A DNA stretch of 64,000 nucleotides. It comes from Octopus vulgaris (lineage: Eukaryota). Every line of letters begins with the position of its first letter. The first letter of the stretch is position 1. The stretch lies in contig OX597832.1 in the NCBI GenBank assembly GCA_951406725.2, positions 55,738,001-55,802,000 on the forward strand. The letters run 5' to 3'. Positions 41,749 through 55,968 of the stretch are shown here, piece by piece. The translations under genes were made by a program, and so were the position numbers. The notes beneath the pieces are model-generated. The model searched no databases, had not been told where the DNA came from, and saw only the letters and a program-made list of their open reading frames with translations.

Positions 41749-42989
41749 CAATGAATCAACAACTACATCAGCACGTCCAAGTAATTGTAAGACGTCAGAC
41801 TCACAGCTAATGCTGCTCTGGATCAGGCTACCGAATTAAGTAGAACGTCAACAACTTCGACGTTCTCTCCCACCCCTTCGCAACAGAGACAAACGAAATG
41901 GAGTCCCCCAGGAAGAACCAGACTTTTAAAAGATGAATACCGAGTCACTTTGTTCGACTAAACCCTTCAAGGCTGGGCCCCAGCCTAGCCACTGTCCAGT
42001 GACAGACACAAATAAAAGAGAAAAGATAAGAGATTCATTTAAGGCTAGCATCGATTTGAACATGACACTCTGTGACTGCATTCCTATCAAGATGACAGAC
42101 TGGCTGAATCGGTAGAGCAACGGGTCGAATGTTTCAAGGTATTTGTTCCGGCTCCCTGTATTCCGAATTCGAGTCAATATGATTTTTATTTATTTTGTTT
42201 TTCGAGATCGATAAATAAGACACTTGTCCAGTACTGGCATCGATTCTTCTGGAAAATGACGACAGTACCAGTTTATTGAATACAACACCAGGCTTTTTTG
42301 CACCACCATCGGTTTCCTACAAGACAATATTTCCATTTTTTTCGACAGACTGGGTGATCAGACACATAACAGTAAGAAAAGTACCGGTGCATAAAAAAAC
42401 AAACAAACAGAACCAAACAAAAACCGAAAGAGGTACAGACTGCGGTAGTCAATAAAATAGAAATGGAAATTTTAAATATGTTCACTCTGTACGGCCCGGT
42501 TCCAAATGATCTACGACCCGGTATTGGTCCGGTGTCCGGTGGTTGATGACCCTTGGAATGCAAGACACGATGCAATATTTTTTAAGTGTAAATGTACCGA
42601 CCGTTGACGAGTATGAAAGTAAGTTACTGTTCACTGTAGAAGACTACTTGAATTCGATAATCTTGAATACTGGTGGGGATGGGGGTGTCACTAACTATGT
42701 AAACGCTCTCGGAAAAGACATGAACGTTACAATATCGCATTACTCCTTACTCCAAAATATTGTGGTGCATGAACAGGTAGATAAAAGTAGAAACTACTAT
42801 TTCTATATTTTTTAAAGAGTGATTTAGCTTCTTGGTAAATGCGGAATTTTTGTGAAGCAGTCATAGGATTACTAAGAAGGGTTTTTAACGATGAGCTTTT
42901 TACTTGTTTATCGGAGATTGGGAAGCGGAAGGAGGAGGAAGAGGAGGAGAAGAAGAAGAAGCGAATAAGAATAAAGAGAAGAATAAAAA

Positions 42990-43080
42990 GTAGTAGTAGT
43001 AGTAACAGCAGTAGCAGTGCTCATGGTAGTAATAGTAACAGTTGCAGCAGTAGTTGTAGCAGCAGCAGCAGTAGAAGTAA

Positions 43081-43148
<68 letters not shown>

Positions 43149-43386
43149 ACAAGAGCAGCAGTAATAGTAGTGATAGTAGTAGTAGTAGTAGCAATAGCAG
43201 CAGTTGTAAGAGTAGTAGTTGTAGTGGTAGTATTAGCAACAGTAGCAGCAGTGATAGTAGTAGTAGTAGTAGTAGTAGTAGTACTAGTAGCAGCAGTTGT
43301 TGGAGTAGTAGTAGTTGTAGTAGCAACTGTAGCAGCAACAGCAGCAGCAGCAGTAGTGATGGCAGTAGCAGCAGCAGCAGCAGCAA

Positions 43387-43428
<42 letters not shown>

Positions 43429-43430
43429 CA
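42990..43430. repeat. (AGT/AGC)n compound microsatellite
   Basis: Direct reading. It is the source of the poly-S, poly-V and poly-L ORFs. Confidence 0.95.
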
Positions 43431-45204
43431 AAAACCTCTTTCTCAACTCCTCCTTAGTTTGTATGAGTATTCACTGCTGACACAGCTGTACTCTGTTTAG
43501 CGCACAGGTTACTCTCTCTCTCTCTCTCTCCCCCCTTTTTCCATCTCTCTCTCTCTTTCCCTCCCTCTTTCCCCCTCCTTCTCTCTCTCTTCGTAGTAAA
43601 ACTACTAATCTCATTTTCTTGCCATTTGCAAATTAAGAAAGGACTTCCATAATTTCTAATTGGATTTATCAGACTTCCACTGCTATCTCGGTTTCAGTTG
43701 TGAGGCAATCTGATTGAATATATATTCCAGGATATTGCTATTCGCTTGCTACAATACAAAGAAGGAAACGGAGAAGCCAGCATCGCCCAAATCCTTCTAA
43801 ACACTGATTCACAAAAGTGTTTAGCATCTCTTTACTACAAGCCAGCCATATTAAATTGTGTACAGCTTTAAATATCATCCATTATCGGTTATTCCGGTCA
43901 TGCTGGAGCACCGCCTTGAAGGGGTTTAAGTCGAACATGTATGCCCAAGTATTTCTTTTTAAAAAAAAATTTTTTTGTTTACGTGTGGTATTTATTCTGG
44001 TATGTCTCTTTCCCCCCGAATCGATAAGTTACAGACACGTAAACAAACCAATACCGGTTGTCAAGTGGTGGTACGGGAGCGGGACCCAGACACACGCACA
44101 CGAGTATATATATATATATATAAATACCACAAGAACGCAAAACATCCGGGCAGTTAAGTGATACAAGAAAGGGACAACAAAACATCCAGATAAACGATAC
44201 AAAGAAAAGAAGGACGTATCATTCGGAGTTTTCTTTCCTCAGTCGAGTTCCAGATTATCTTTGCAATTTCGGCAGGTTATGCTCAAAATTGCTCCAATCT
44301 GGCCAGTCCCAAGGAAAAACTAAGCTAAGAGCATTACATTCCTTGGAAGAAAACAGCGAATGTATACAAAACAAGGACGCAAAAAACGGACAATGTTATA
44401 CAAATACAATAAAAATAATAACGGGACATAACAACAGGTGTCTTTCGACTAAGGACGAATTAAATTAAGCTGGCGTATGTAGAAATGAAACCTTACGGCA
44501 GGGATTTCACAGGCAGAGGGAGGAAATGAGTCGGCCTGAGGCTATAGGGGAAGACACTTGTCCAAGGTGCTGCCACACGGAGGAACAGAACAAGGAACCG
44601 TGCAGTTGGGAAACAATCTTCCTACACACAACTACATCTGCACATATAGTAGAATACAAAATGTAAACATCAAAGCCATCTTCGCCAATATCTTCATAAA
44701 CACTAATTTCCACAAGTGTTTTGCACCTCTTTATAAACAACTACATTAACCTTCAAAGAGTAGACATCATCAATTAATGTTTCAAGCATTTTATATGGAG
44801 ACGGCCATCATCAAAAGAAAGAGAATATTTTACGGCTCTTTTCGATAATGAGATTGCAAATTTTATTGTGCGAGAGACTCACAGTTATTATAGTTTTTGA
44901 ACATATCTAAACTGAAAATCACTCTTAAGAAAAAGAGATTTTTTTGTTTTTTTACCCCTGTTTGGCACACACGTTCTGGCAACCTTTTCCTGGTCCTTTA
45001 GGGTTAAACTTATGTATACAACCTGTCCATAGGTGCAGGAATGGCTTTGAAGCTAAAAGGCTCGCTTTGCAACTACACAAGACGGGGAGTTCAGTACCGC
45101 TGCATGGCACCTTGGGTATGTGTCTTCTACAATAGGAATGATCCGACCAGTACTTTGTGACTGAATTTGGTAGACGGAAACTGTGTAGAAGCCTGCTCTA
45201 TATG

Positions 45205-45240
<36 letters not shown>

Positions 45241-45628
45241 TAGATAGATAGATACATTACAGTAGACATTATGGTATATCTATGGAGGCTCGTGGTTAGA
45301 GCGCTGCACTGGTGATCGTAAGATTGTAGTTTCTATTCCTAGACCAGGCGATGCGTTGATCTTGAGCAAGACACTTCATTTCACCTCGCTCCAACCCATT
45401 GAGCTCACAAAAATGAGTGATCCTGCGACAAACTGGCGTTCAGTCTCGGGCGCGACGTAATAAATACGTCTCAGAATTCTGAAAGCTGGGCCCTGTGAGC
45501 CTATGGCCTGGGAAAGATTTTTGGTCCTTATCGATTATGCTATGTCTACTTCCAAATCATGCGCTGTGAACGAGAGTAAAACTTTTAGATCCCTGCCGCT
45601 CTCGTACAGCCATCTCTAAATGTGTTAT

Positions 45629-46065
45629 CGGATCTTTTCGGTTTGACCGGCAGTTTTTTAAAATAATTTCCACGTAACTAAACACTTTTAAACTTCGTAT
45701 ACTGGTAGAATGTGTTTATAGAACATCTTTTTCTCTTGGCTTTATTGAGAAAATTCTATAGTTTGTAAGATATTTGTTGGGGTTTTTTTTCTTCAATTTC
45801 TGCAATTTCAACCAATCAATGACGTCTGTTGAGGTGAAAACATTCTGTGCCGTATAAATATATTCCTCGTTTAAGAAACAGATTGGGTTTATTTACATTT
45901 CTGAAGAAAAAAAGATACCCTTCCCCCACCCCTAACCTTAACCGTAACTAACCCTAACCCTAAAACAGATTGAAATGCAATAGATCGATACCAGGGTCAT
46001 AATTAAGGGTGACAATTTCATATGACACCTCTAGAAAAAACTGCCGTTCAAACAGAAAAGATCCG
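45629..46065. mobile_element. Non-autonomous TIR element with an internal (CCCTAA)-like tract
   Basis: 31-bp TIRs CGGATCTTTTCGGTTTGACCGGCAGTTTTTT and AAAAAACTGCCGTTCAAACAGAAAAGATCCG. CCCTAACCTTAACC...CCCTAACCCTAA lies at about 45930-45963. Confidence 0.85.
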
Positions 46066-47159
46066 CTGGCCCTGTGAGCCTATGGCCTGGGAAAGGCTTT
46101 TGGTCCTTATCGATTATGCTATGTCTACTTCCAAGACATGTGCTGTGAACGAGAGTAAATCTTTTAGATCCTTGCCACTCTCGTACGGCCATCTCTAAAT
46201 GTGTTCTCTATATATAAATGATGTTAGTGATAAATTCGGGGATCAATAACTTCATTTTATCATTACTGCAATCACCACACATCATGAAATAAAGCATTCC
46301 TTTTTTCACACAACTCATTACTAAAAATGCTGAATGCGCAGGAAGAGAACAGCAAAGGAGAAAATAGAGAAGAGAAAAAAAAGGATGAGATAATTTGACA
46401 AACAAACAAACGATGTTAGTTCGTTAGTTCTTGATGAGTTGCAGTTTTAAAACAAAATACAGTAGTTAAACTAAAGTCACGTGTCGGAGCAGGTGAGGAC
46501 GAGTGAAGATCGTGCCAGCAAAGAAACGTTTCTTACGAACTTACCTTTGCAACACGATTTTCGTTTTTTTTTTTTATTCTTTTTGTTTCTGTTTTTGTAT
46601 TCCATTTTTTTTTTATTTTTCAAATTTTTTATTGCTATTTATTTATTTATTTATTTATTTATTTTTTTTTTTCATATTAATTTACAATTTTCTTTTCGAA
46701 TTCATTAAGATGGCGTAAATGTTTCCGATCTGATAAGTTCAGTTTAAAATTATTAAAATCAGTCACATGTGTAATTGGTTACAGCAGTCTATTAATCATC
46801 GTCGTCGTCATCATCATCATCATCATCATCATTATCACCATCATCATCATCATCACATCATCATCATCATCATCATCATCATCACCACCACCATCATCAT
46901 CATCATCATCATCATCACCACCACCATCATCATCATCATCATCGTCATCATCATCATCATCATCATGATTACGCTGGGAAAACTGCTCAGCGGTATTTCG
47001 TCCATCTTTAACGTTCTGAGTACGAATCCTGTCGAGGTCACCTTAGGCTTTCATCCTTTCGAGATCGATAAGATCAATACTAATTAAGTACTTGGGTCGA
47101 TGTAATCGACTTATCTCCTTCCCTGAACTTGCTGGCTTTGTGCTTTTAATGGAAACGAC

Positions 47160-47245
<86 letters not shown>

Positions 47246-47257
47246 TTATTATTATTA

Positions 47258-47316
<59 letters not shown>

Positions 47317-48720
47317 GCCTTTGCACAGCTTCTAACGCTGGAGATGTGCTACGGTGTCAGCTGTTCACTAGCAGTGAACCAAGGTGACACCCCTTATTTT
47401 TCAAGCACCATCCAAAGTATTCGAGCGGTTCCAAGCTGTGCTGTTTTCTGCTAGTGCTCCACCCTTATTGCAATTCTCATTTGTTCCATGTGCTTCTCAA
47501 AATCTTTACTCACTGTTCCCAGGGCTCTGACAATTATTGGTAAAACTACCATCTTTTTCATCGACCACAACTGCTTAACCTCCCAAGCTAACCTGTCATA
47601 TCTATCGACTTTTCTTTCTTCCTTGTCGCATACTATGTTGTCAGCTGGACATGCTATATCTATGATCCAGCATCGTTTGCATTCTTTCTCAAGACTATAT
47701 CTGGTTTGCTGTTTTCTATCTCATGGTCGCACTGAATCATAAAATCCCATAGGATCTTTGCATTATCATTTTCTATGATGCCTTCAGGTTTATGTTCGTA
47801 CTACGTTTTTGCTCTTTCAAGTCCATACTTGTTGCAAAGTGTCCAATGGACAATCCTTGCTACATTGTCATGACGTCTCTTATATTCTTTATGGGCTAGT
47901 GGCGTACATTGACTGGTAATATGCCATATGGTTTCACCATTTTGTCCAAAAATTCTGCACTTATTACTTTCTGATGTGTTGTCTATTCTGTATTTGATGT
48001 AATTGGTTGTTAATGCTTGCTCTTGGGCAGCACATATTAGAGCCTCCCTTTCCTATTCTATATCACTTTTAGTCATCCATATCTATCTTTTTTCTCTCTG
48101 TCTTATCTTCAACATCCCTTTGAAATTGTCGAATGCATTCTTTTCTTTATCCATCTATTTTCAGTTTCATTCATTCTCAAGTGCTTGTACAGTGCTTTAT
48201 CTTTGCAATCTTCCATCCTACACCCTGCTCCATATCTAAGGAGTGAAACCGCCCAGGTGTTAATAGCTTCAATCTTATTCCGTCCGTTTAATTTCTACTT
48301 AAGGATCAGTCTCAGTTTGCGCAAGTACTCCACCTTAAATTTTTCTGTCATTTCTTTCTCCATCAATTTATCCATTTCCAATATCCCCAAGTACTTATAG
48401 TCCGTCTCTTCTATCTGCTTCATAACCTCCCCCCGACGGTATCGCCATACATTTAATTTTGCTTCTCTTCAAGACTAACAGACCACACCTTTTCAGTCCG
48501 AACTCCGTTCTGATATCTGCACTGAAAGTATACGCCGTATCAACGAAGGAACTGACTTGGGATTCATCTTTACCATAAAGTTTGAGGTCATCCATGAATA
48601 ACAAGTGGCTGACTTTTTGTTGGCAACTTTTGAGTACATGCCCAGCCTTTGCTCAGAATCAATGTTAGTGGTATCATGCACAGTACAAAGATCAGTAGGG
48701 ACGGGCAGCCCCCTTGGAAG
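47317..48720 (-). mobile_element. 5'-truncated, degenerate R4/Dong-like non-LTR retrotransposon in a (TAA)n tract
   Basis: Minus-strand RT motifs FQG...IFVLCMIPL and LFMDDLKLYGK; knuckle KCRIFGQNGETIWHITSQC...KEYKRRHD; nuclease KILWDFMIQCD...KPDIVL; C-terminus QKTAQLGTARIL. (ATT)n lies on both sides. Confidence 0.9.
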
Positions 48721-48768
<48 letters not shown>

Positions 48769-48805
48769 GTTGTTGTTGTTGTTGTTGTTATTGCTGTTGT
48801 TGTTG

Positions 48806-48884
<79 letters not shown>

Positions 48885-49795
48885 CATTGAGTGAGAGAGC
48901 AGTGCAGGCCATCAAAGTGACACTGGGGTAAAATATTCCCATCATGATTACCCGTCTGATAAGGGTACACCAGGCACATGCATCACAATAAGCACCTACC
49001 AGTTTTTTTTAAAAAATGATTGGTGTAAATTTGTTTGACAAAACACACCCGTGAAAGCGGCGACGCAGCAGGGCCGCGGTACAATGGATGATACAAGTAA
49101 AAAGTACAAAGTGAATCTGTTTATGCTTTCAAGGAAGTCAATATACTTAAGCAGAAATTGAAGTAAACGAGAGAAAAATGAGAGGAAAATGAAGAAACCA
49201 AAAACGAAAAAAACAACGCAGGAACTATTTAAATCTCGTGTACAGACGTTGATAAGAAAAACTCAAACATGGCCGAACAAAGCAGACGTACATCAAAAAA
49301 TCTCCGTACGGGTTGAAGAGTGCATGACTCAGAGCTCATATTTTAAAGAAAACTTTTGCATTCTGCTTCATGTTTTTATCAGTTTTCAGCAGGAAGGTTT
49401 TGGTTTAGGGCCGCAATAAAACTCATCCAACCAATGCCGAATTTTTCTTTATACTCTCCAGCTTTGTTTAGTTCAATCCTGTCAGTTGTCGGCCATGTTT
49501 AAGTTTTTCAGTGTCTCTGCACGAGATTTACTGTTTAGTTTCCAGTTACTTTTTATTTTGAAACCAGTAAACTGAGTTGTTGTCTTCTTCATCTTCCTCA
49601 CCTTTTTTTCTCTCTGTTATCCCAACTTCTGTTTAAATTTGTTGCTTTCTTCGAAGGCAGAAAATAGTGTGTTTTCTTTAATGTTTCATACGTCTTTATA
49701 TCATTATATATATTTTTTTGCTCGATGGCTTTGTGATCCTGGAGTAGATGATACTTTATAATAATTTTCTAGTAGATATTTTAAAGTAATATCCC

Positions 49796-49883
<88 letters not shown>

Positions 49884-50361
49884 GAGATAGATAGATAGAT
49901 ATAGATATATAAATTTATATACATATATATCTTTGTATGTATATGTATATATATATATGGATAGATAGTTAGATAGATAGATAAATTTGATAGAATGAGT
50001 GAGTGAGTGAGTGAGTGAGTGAGTGAGTGAGTGAGAGAGTGAGTGAATGAGTGAGTGAGTGAATGAGTGAGTGAGTGTGTGAGTGAATGAGTGAGTGAGT
50101 GTGTGAATGAATGATGAATGGGTGAGTGAGCGAGTGAATGAATGCGTGAGTGAATGCGTGAGTGAATGAGACGAGGTGCAGACGAGGGCAGCGGAGTCAA
50201 ACTCCCTTATACAACAAATGTGCCAACAGCTGGGGCAGAGGTACATACAAGAATGGTGATGTGAAACCCACGAGACTGAGTAAACGAGTAAAAGAGTATG
50301 TATATATATATATATATACACCGGCGATTATAATTAATTTTATTGTATCGCATTTATCTTT

Positions 50362-50410
<49 letters not shown>

Positions 50411-50763
50411 CATACATACTTTCATACATACATACATACATACATACATACATACATACATACATACATACAGGGTGTTATGGCGCAAGTTTTGGAAAGA
50501 GCCCGGGCGTGCGAAGACGGAGATGGCTGCCATTTAAGCGGGTGAGTAAATGAGAGAATGAGTGAGTGAGTGGGTGAGGGGGTGATAATGTGGTGTTGCA
50601 AAATTTGACTTGTGCATATTAATTTCCATTATGTCCTTTAAATTGCATCAAAATTTCATGCATTCATTTGTAAAGTTAAGGAAGTTATTAAAATTTGAAA
50701 CCCATCAATGACTTTTGGGACATATATGTATATATATATATACATATATATATATACAAATAC

Positions 50764-50799
<36 letters not shown>

Positions 50800-50919
50800 G
50801 GGGAGAGAGGGGATATATATGATAGAAAGATATATGTATAGATAAATCTAGCCATATATATGTGTGTGTGTGTGTGTGTGGATATATATATATATGTATG
50901 TATATATATATGTGTATAT

Positions 50920-50951
<32 letters not shown>

Positions 50952-51185
50952 TATATTATATATATGTATATATATACAGACACATATACAAATATATACA
51001 CATATATTTTTGCCCTATGCATTTGGGGAGTGGTATGTGCATATATGCATATGTATCTATAGAGAAAGCTAGCTTTATATATATATGTGTGTGTGTGTGT
51101 GAATGTGTATATATATATAGGAAGAGAGAAAGAGAGGAATGAGATAGATAGATATACATAAAAAAACACACATACACATATACAA

Positions 51186-51216
<31 letters not shown>

Positions 51217-51786
51217 AACACACGCTCACCGATACGTACGCAAACGTTTCATACACACACGCTGTCGTTTTGCGTGTGCGCATGCGCGTTTGTATTTGTG
51301 TTCGAATGAATGTCACCTAATTGTGCGTGATCAATATATCGCGCAAAAGGAAGGAGAGAGGGAGGGAGTGTTGCGCGTCTATATCTAATCTACCCCGTGA
51401 AAAGCTAAGCAAGAGGAGAGATTAAAATGGCTTGTTAGCAGCATCACGACAGTTCCAGTTTGCTAAATGTTCAACAATATTCTTTCTACGCTAAGCAGAG
51501 GAAGATAGCTCCCTTCGCACTGCACCTATTCTTGCGATAACAACAGAAGGTGAAATGTCCTGAAAATGCAATCTGCTGCAGATCACCGTGACCTAACGCT
51601 TTACTGCAGTCGACAGAAAGATGTTGATGATGTCAACGCTCAACAGTTTTATCTAGCAATGTTGTAGAAAGGAAGTGTCTGTGTATATATATATATGCGC
51701 ACGCGCACGCACACACACAAACACGTACAAACACATACATACACGCACGCACGCGCACAGACGTGCGCATGTGTATATACTCCTAA

Positions 51787-51818
<32 letters not shown>

Positions 51819-52011
51819 GTATCTTAGATATTTATGCATATATATTTATATATATATATATATATATTTATAAATATATATATATATATACACATACATA
51901 CACATGCATACAGACACATACGTACATACATACATACATACATACATACATACATACATACACATATATATATACTTACATATATATGTGTGTGTTTGTG
52001 TGTGAGTATGC

Positions 52012-52063
<52 letters not shown>

Positions 52064-52326
52064 ATATGTGTGTAATGCTTATAAAGATATATATATATAT
52101 TTTTTTTTCAAGCATCAACCGCCATCCCCCACATATATATACATTTGTATACATGCATTCATAGGCACAATTATAATTACCTACATATCTACCTACATAC
52201 CTGCCTACCTACCTACCTACATACATACATACATACATACATACATACATAGCTACATACTTACCATAGCTACATACACACATTCATACATACATACATA
52301 CATACATACATACATACATACATACA

Positions 52327-52360
<34 letters not shown>

Positions 52361-52715
52361 CATATAGCCTTGAAGTGCAAATATTTTTAGATATTTATCT
52401 ATGTCTTTGTGCCGGTTTGGGCGCCTACATATAAACGATTACTAATCTGCGAGAGAAATATGAAAAACTAATAGCTATGGAATTATATTTCATTAAGAAC
52501 TAATTATTTGCTATCGCTGCCTTAAAGATTTAACATTCATTGAAGATACCTCACCGAAAATATGAGCAACATTCCACGATGGCAGGCTTGTTCACTGACG
52601 GGAAAATTTATGAGCAATGACTCCCTTCAAGCCGCCCTAGTGAATAAAAGCTGAAACAAATACAGACACACGTGTGTATATGGTATATATATATATGTAT
52701 GTTTATGTATGTATG

Positions 52716-52766
<51 letters not shown>

Positions 52767-52961
52767 CGAGTTTACGAAAAAAACAAAAGACGAAGACAGG
52801 TGGTGTACAAAACAAACAGATGTATTAGTATAACGCTCAGGAATAGAAAAAGTCTTTTACGTTTCGAGCCTACGCTCTCCTACAGAAAGGGACACAGAAA
52901 AAACAAGGAGAGAAACAAGGAGAGAAAAAAATGTGTGTAGTGGCTAACGAATTATCATGGC

Positions 52962-53064
<103 letters not shown>

Positions 53065-53345
53065 AAAATTCTCATTATTTGCATTGGTTCCTGATAAACA
53101 CTTGTTTATCCTGTTGTTATCTGCACCCTACGTGCATGGTGTGCCTGTACACCAATGCTCGGGGATAACATGGGTAACGGATACCGATAGTATATACGGA
53201 TATTTTATCTCTTAGTTGGTTACTATAACCGCTAACCTTGTTTACACTATATATATATATATATATATATTGGTGAAAACGGTAAGATAACAAAAGAAAG
53301 AAAGAGACCTCAATATTATGTAAATAGAGGAAATTTATCTATAAA

Positions 53346-53527
53346 ATAATATGTTACATTTACTCAATAGTCAAGATAAAACTCTGAGTTTCAGATGCCG
53401 AAGTGGAAGTCCACAACACCAGCTCTTCGGTTGGCCAGATAACCGAAGAGATGGTGTTGTGGATTTCCACTTCGGCATCTGAAACTCAGAGTTTTATCTT
53501 GACTATTGAGTAAATGTAACATATTAT
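53346..53527. repeat. Fold-back (87-bp arms, 8-nt spacer) containing a hammerhead at 53438-53498 (+)
   Basis: gataa-CCGAAGA-GATG...CATC-t-GAAA-CTCAGAG-TT-ttatc. Confidence 0.85.
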
Positions 53528-53587
53528 ATATATGTGTGTGTGTGTGTGTTATATCATATTGTATTATATTATATTATATTATATTAT

Positions 53588-54180
53588 GTAGGTGTGGCTG
53601 TGTGGTAAGAAGCTTGCTTCCCAACCACGTGGTTCTAGGTTCTCCATTGCGTGGTGTCTTCTATAGACCAACTATAGCCCTGTGTGTGAGTTTGGTACAG
53701 GGGAAACTGAAAGAATCCCGTCGTATATATATGTGTATATATTCATGTGTTTGTCATTTCAGTTTTTGTTTCTCCACCATCGCTTGACAGCCTTTGTTCT
53801 GGGGTTTACATTCCCCGTTACTTAGAGGCTCGGCAAAAGAGACCGATAGAATAGGTTCTAGGCTTAGAAAAAATACGCTCTCTGGTCGATTTCTTCGATT
53901 AAAAGGCGGTACTCCAGCATGGCCACAGTCAAACGCGGACGCAAACACCGGTTGTCAAGCGGTGGTGGAGGACTAACACATACACAAACACACACCTAAA
54001 CATATAACTATATATATATATTAATACGCGACGGGCTCCTTTCAGTTTCCATCTAAGAAATCCACTCATAGGGCTTTGGTCAGCTCACGGCTATACTAGA
54101 AGATACTTGCTCAAGGTGCCACGCAGTGGGACTCAACCCAGAACCATGTGGTTATGAAGGAAGCTTCTTACCACACAGCC
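53588..54180. mobile_element. Two adjacent, oppositely oriented SINE family A copies
   Basis: Plus copy at about 53588-53932 and minus copy at about 53940-54180. Confidence 0.8.
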
Positions 54181-54942
54181 GCGATATACAGATAACAAAG
54201 TTACGTTGTGTTATTTTATGATGTAAAAGCGAAATATTTGGGGTTCTCAGCTTTCCATTTGATAGAAGCATGTTTGTCATTCTCATAGAATATTAGTTAA
54301 TCCCGTCTTTAACAGACAAGAAATCTTTAAAATCTATGAATTAGCAATAAGCCCCAATTTGCATAAGGACCCTGCGGGAAAATTAAGCCTTTAATGCATC
54401 ATTTCCCAGCCTTTCTACTCTTGGAGGACCTTTGAAATACACACCAGAGAATCCTTTCATAAAATCTTTATTAATCTTATTCGCTTTTTTCACGAAGTGA
54501 AATTTAATAAGAAATTAACGAAATCGTAAAATTGTGTTTGAAAGTGTTGCCAGTGTTAAATCCATCAGGCGCCATATAGAAGGTTTGAAAAATTTCGTCT
54601 TAACCAACTTCCCCGAAAAGTTCCCCGTTGAGAATAAATGTTCCCCGTGGGGGTCTCCTTACTGCGAGTAAATCTCAGAGTTTCACAACCCCAAGGAGTA
54701 TGCTGTATGTGTATAATTAAATTACGAATACAGAGCTTAAGGACAAAAATTGTTCATAAAGGAATCCCAATAGATTTAGTTTATTTATCCCTAGTGACGT
54801 CTGGCGGAACACTTGAGTCGTTGGGTAACTCCAGTCAAAAAACGCTGCTCCGGAACCAGTTTGCATGTAGTAGATCTAATACATCACTGGATTTAGCGCC
54901 AATCTATGGTCCTTAAATATCGATAACGGGTATATATATCTA

Positions 54943-55083
<141 letters not shown>

Positions 55084-55267
55084 CGGGAAGCTTTATGAAA
55101 ATAAACAAAAGACGAAGGCAGGTGGAATACAAACAAACAATTGTATTAGTATGGCGCTCAGGAATATAAATAAAACAAGTCTTTTACGTTTTGAGCCTAC
55201 GCTCTTCAACAGAAAGATACTCAGAAAAGAAACACGGAGAGAAACAAGGAGAGAAAAAAAGGAGAGA

Positions 55268-55330
<63 letters not shown>

Positions 55331-55473
55331 GATCACGGAGATGTACTTGCCTAGCAAGTGACCTGATCTGAGATCGTGTGCTAGAACGAAAACAATTGCA
55401 GCGTGGAAGGTGTTTATAAGCCATTTAAGAAACACACAAAAACCGTTAGATTCACCTCAACATTTAAACTTAA

Positions 55474-55524
55474 TTTGCCAAAATATTTTCGTCGCTTTGA
55501 GACCGCGACCTGTTCACTGACAAA
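55474..55524 (-). ncRNA. Hammerhead with a G3:C8 core variant
   Basis: Minus strand reads tttgtca-GTGAACA-g-GTCGCggtctcaaaGCGAC-GAAA-ATAT-TT-tggcaaa. Confidence 0.7.
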
Positions 55525-55640
55525 ATTCCGTGCTTTATGTTCTAAATTCAAAATGCCACCAATGCCCACTTTACCTTTCATCCTTTCGGAGTCAATAAAA
55601 AAAAATACCAGTTGAGCACGGGCGTCGATGCAATCGACTA

Positions 55641-55968
55641 TAGATACCGAACCTCTTATCCGGTAACCGTGGTCCGGATTTTTGGATTTTCCGGATTTCT
55701 GGACACAGGCTAACTATATACCGCAAATGTAAAATAAACAACGAAAATTAAAGAACAAAATTGTATAACATTTATAAAATAATGCATTTTTAAAGCAGTC
55801 CCACAGGAATTGGCATCGTGTGACGCATACGCCACGGAGACCAAAACAATGCGGCCCCACGGCGAACTACTACAGCCCGCGAAATTCAAAGCCAACCAGT
55901 TTTAAAAATAGCCGAATTTCTGATAGCTCCGGATTTCTGGATTCCGGATAAGAGAATTTCGGTACCTG
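55641..55968. mobile_element. pogo/Tigger-like MITE inserted into SINE B
   Basis: TIRs TAGATACCGAA..CTCTTATCCGG and CCGGATAAGAG..TTCGGTACCTG, with TA on both sides. The host SINE reads continuously across the insertion. Confidence 0.82.

Noticed and set aside
42300-42556. Possible hAT/Charlie-like MITE end (GGTTGATGACCCTTG)
   Set aside because: The partner TIR and TSD were not found.
42543-42815. 90-aa non-repetitive ORF (also 10450..10818)
   Set aside because: No recognisable domain or evident exon structure; the length is compatible with chance.
45930-45963. Telomeric-like CCCTAA repeats
   Set aside because: They are short, degenerate and internal to a TIR element, so not a chromosome end.
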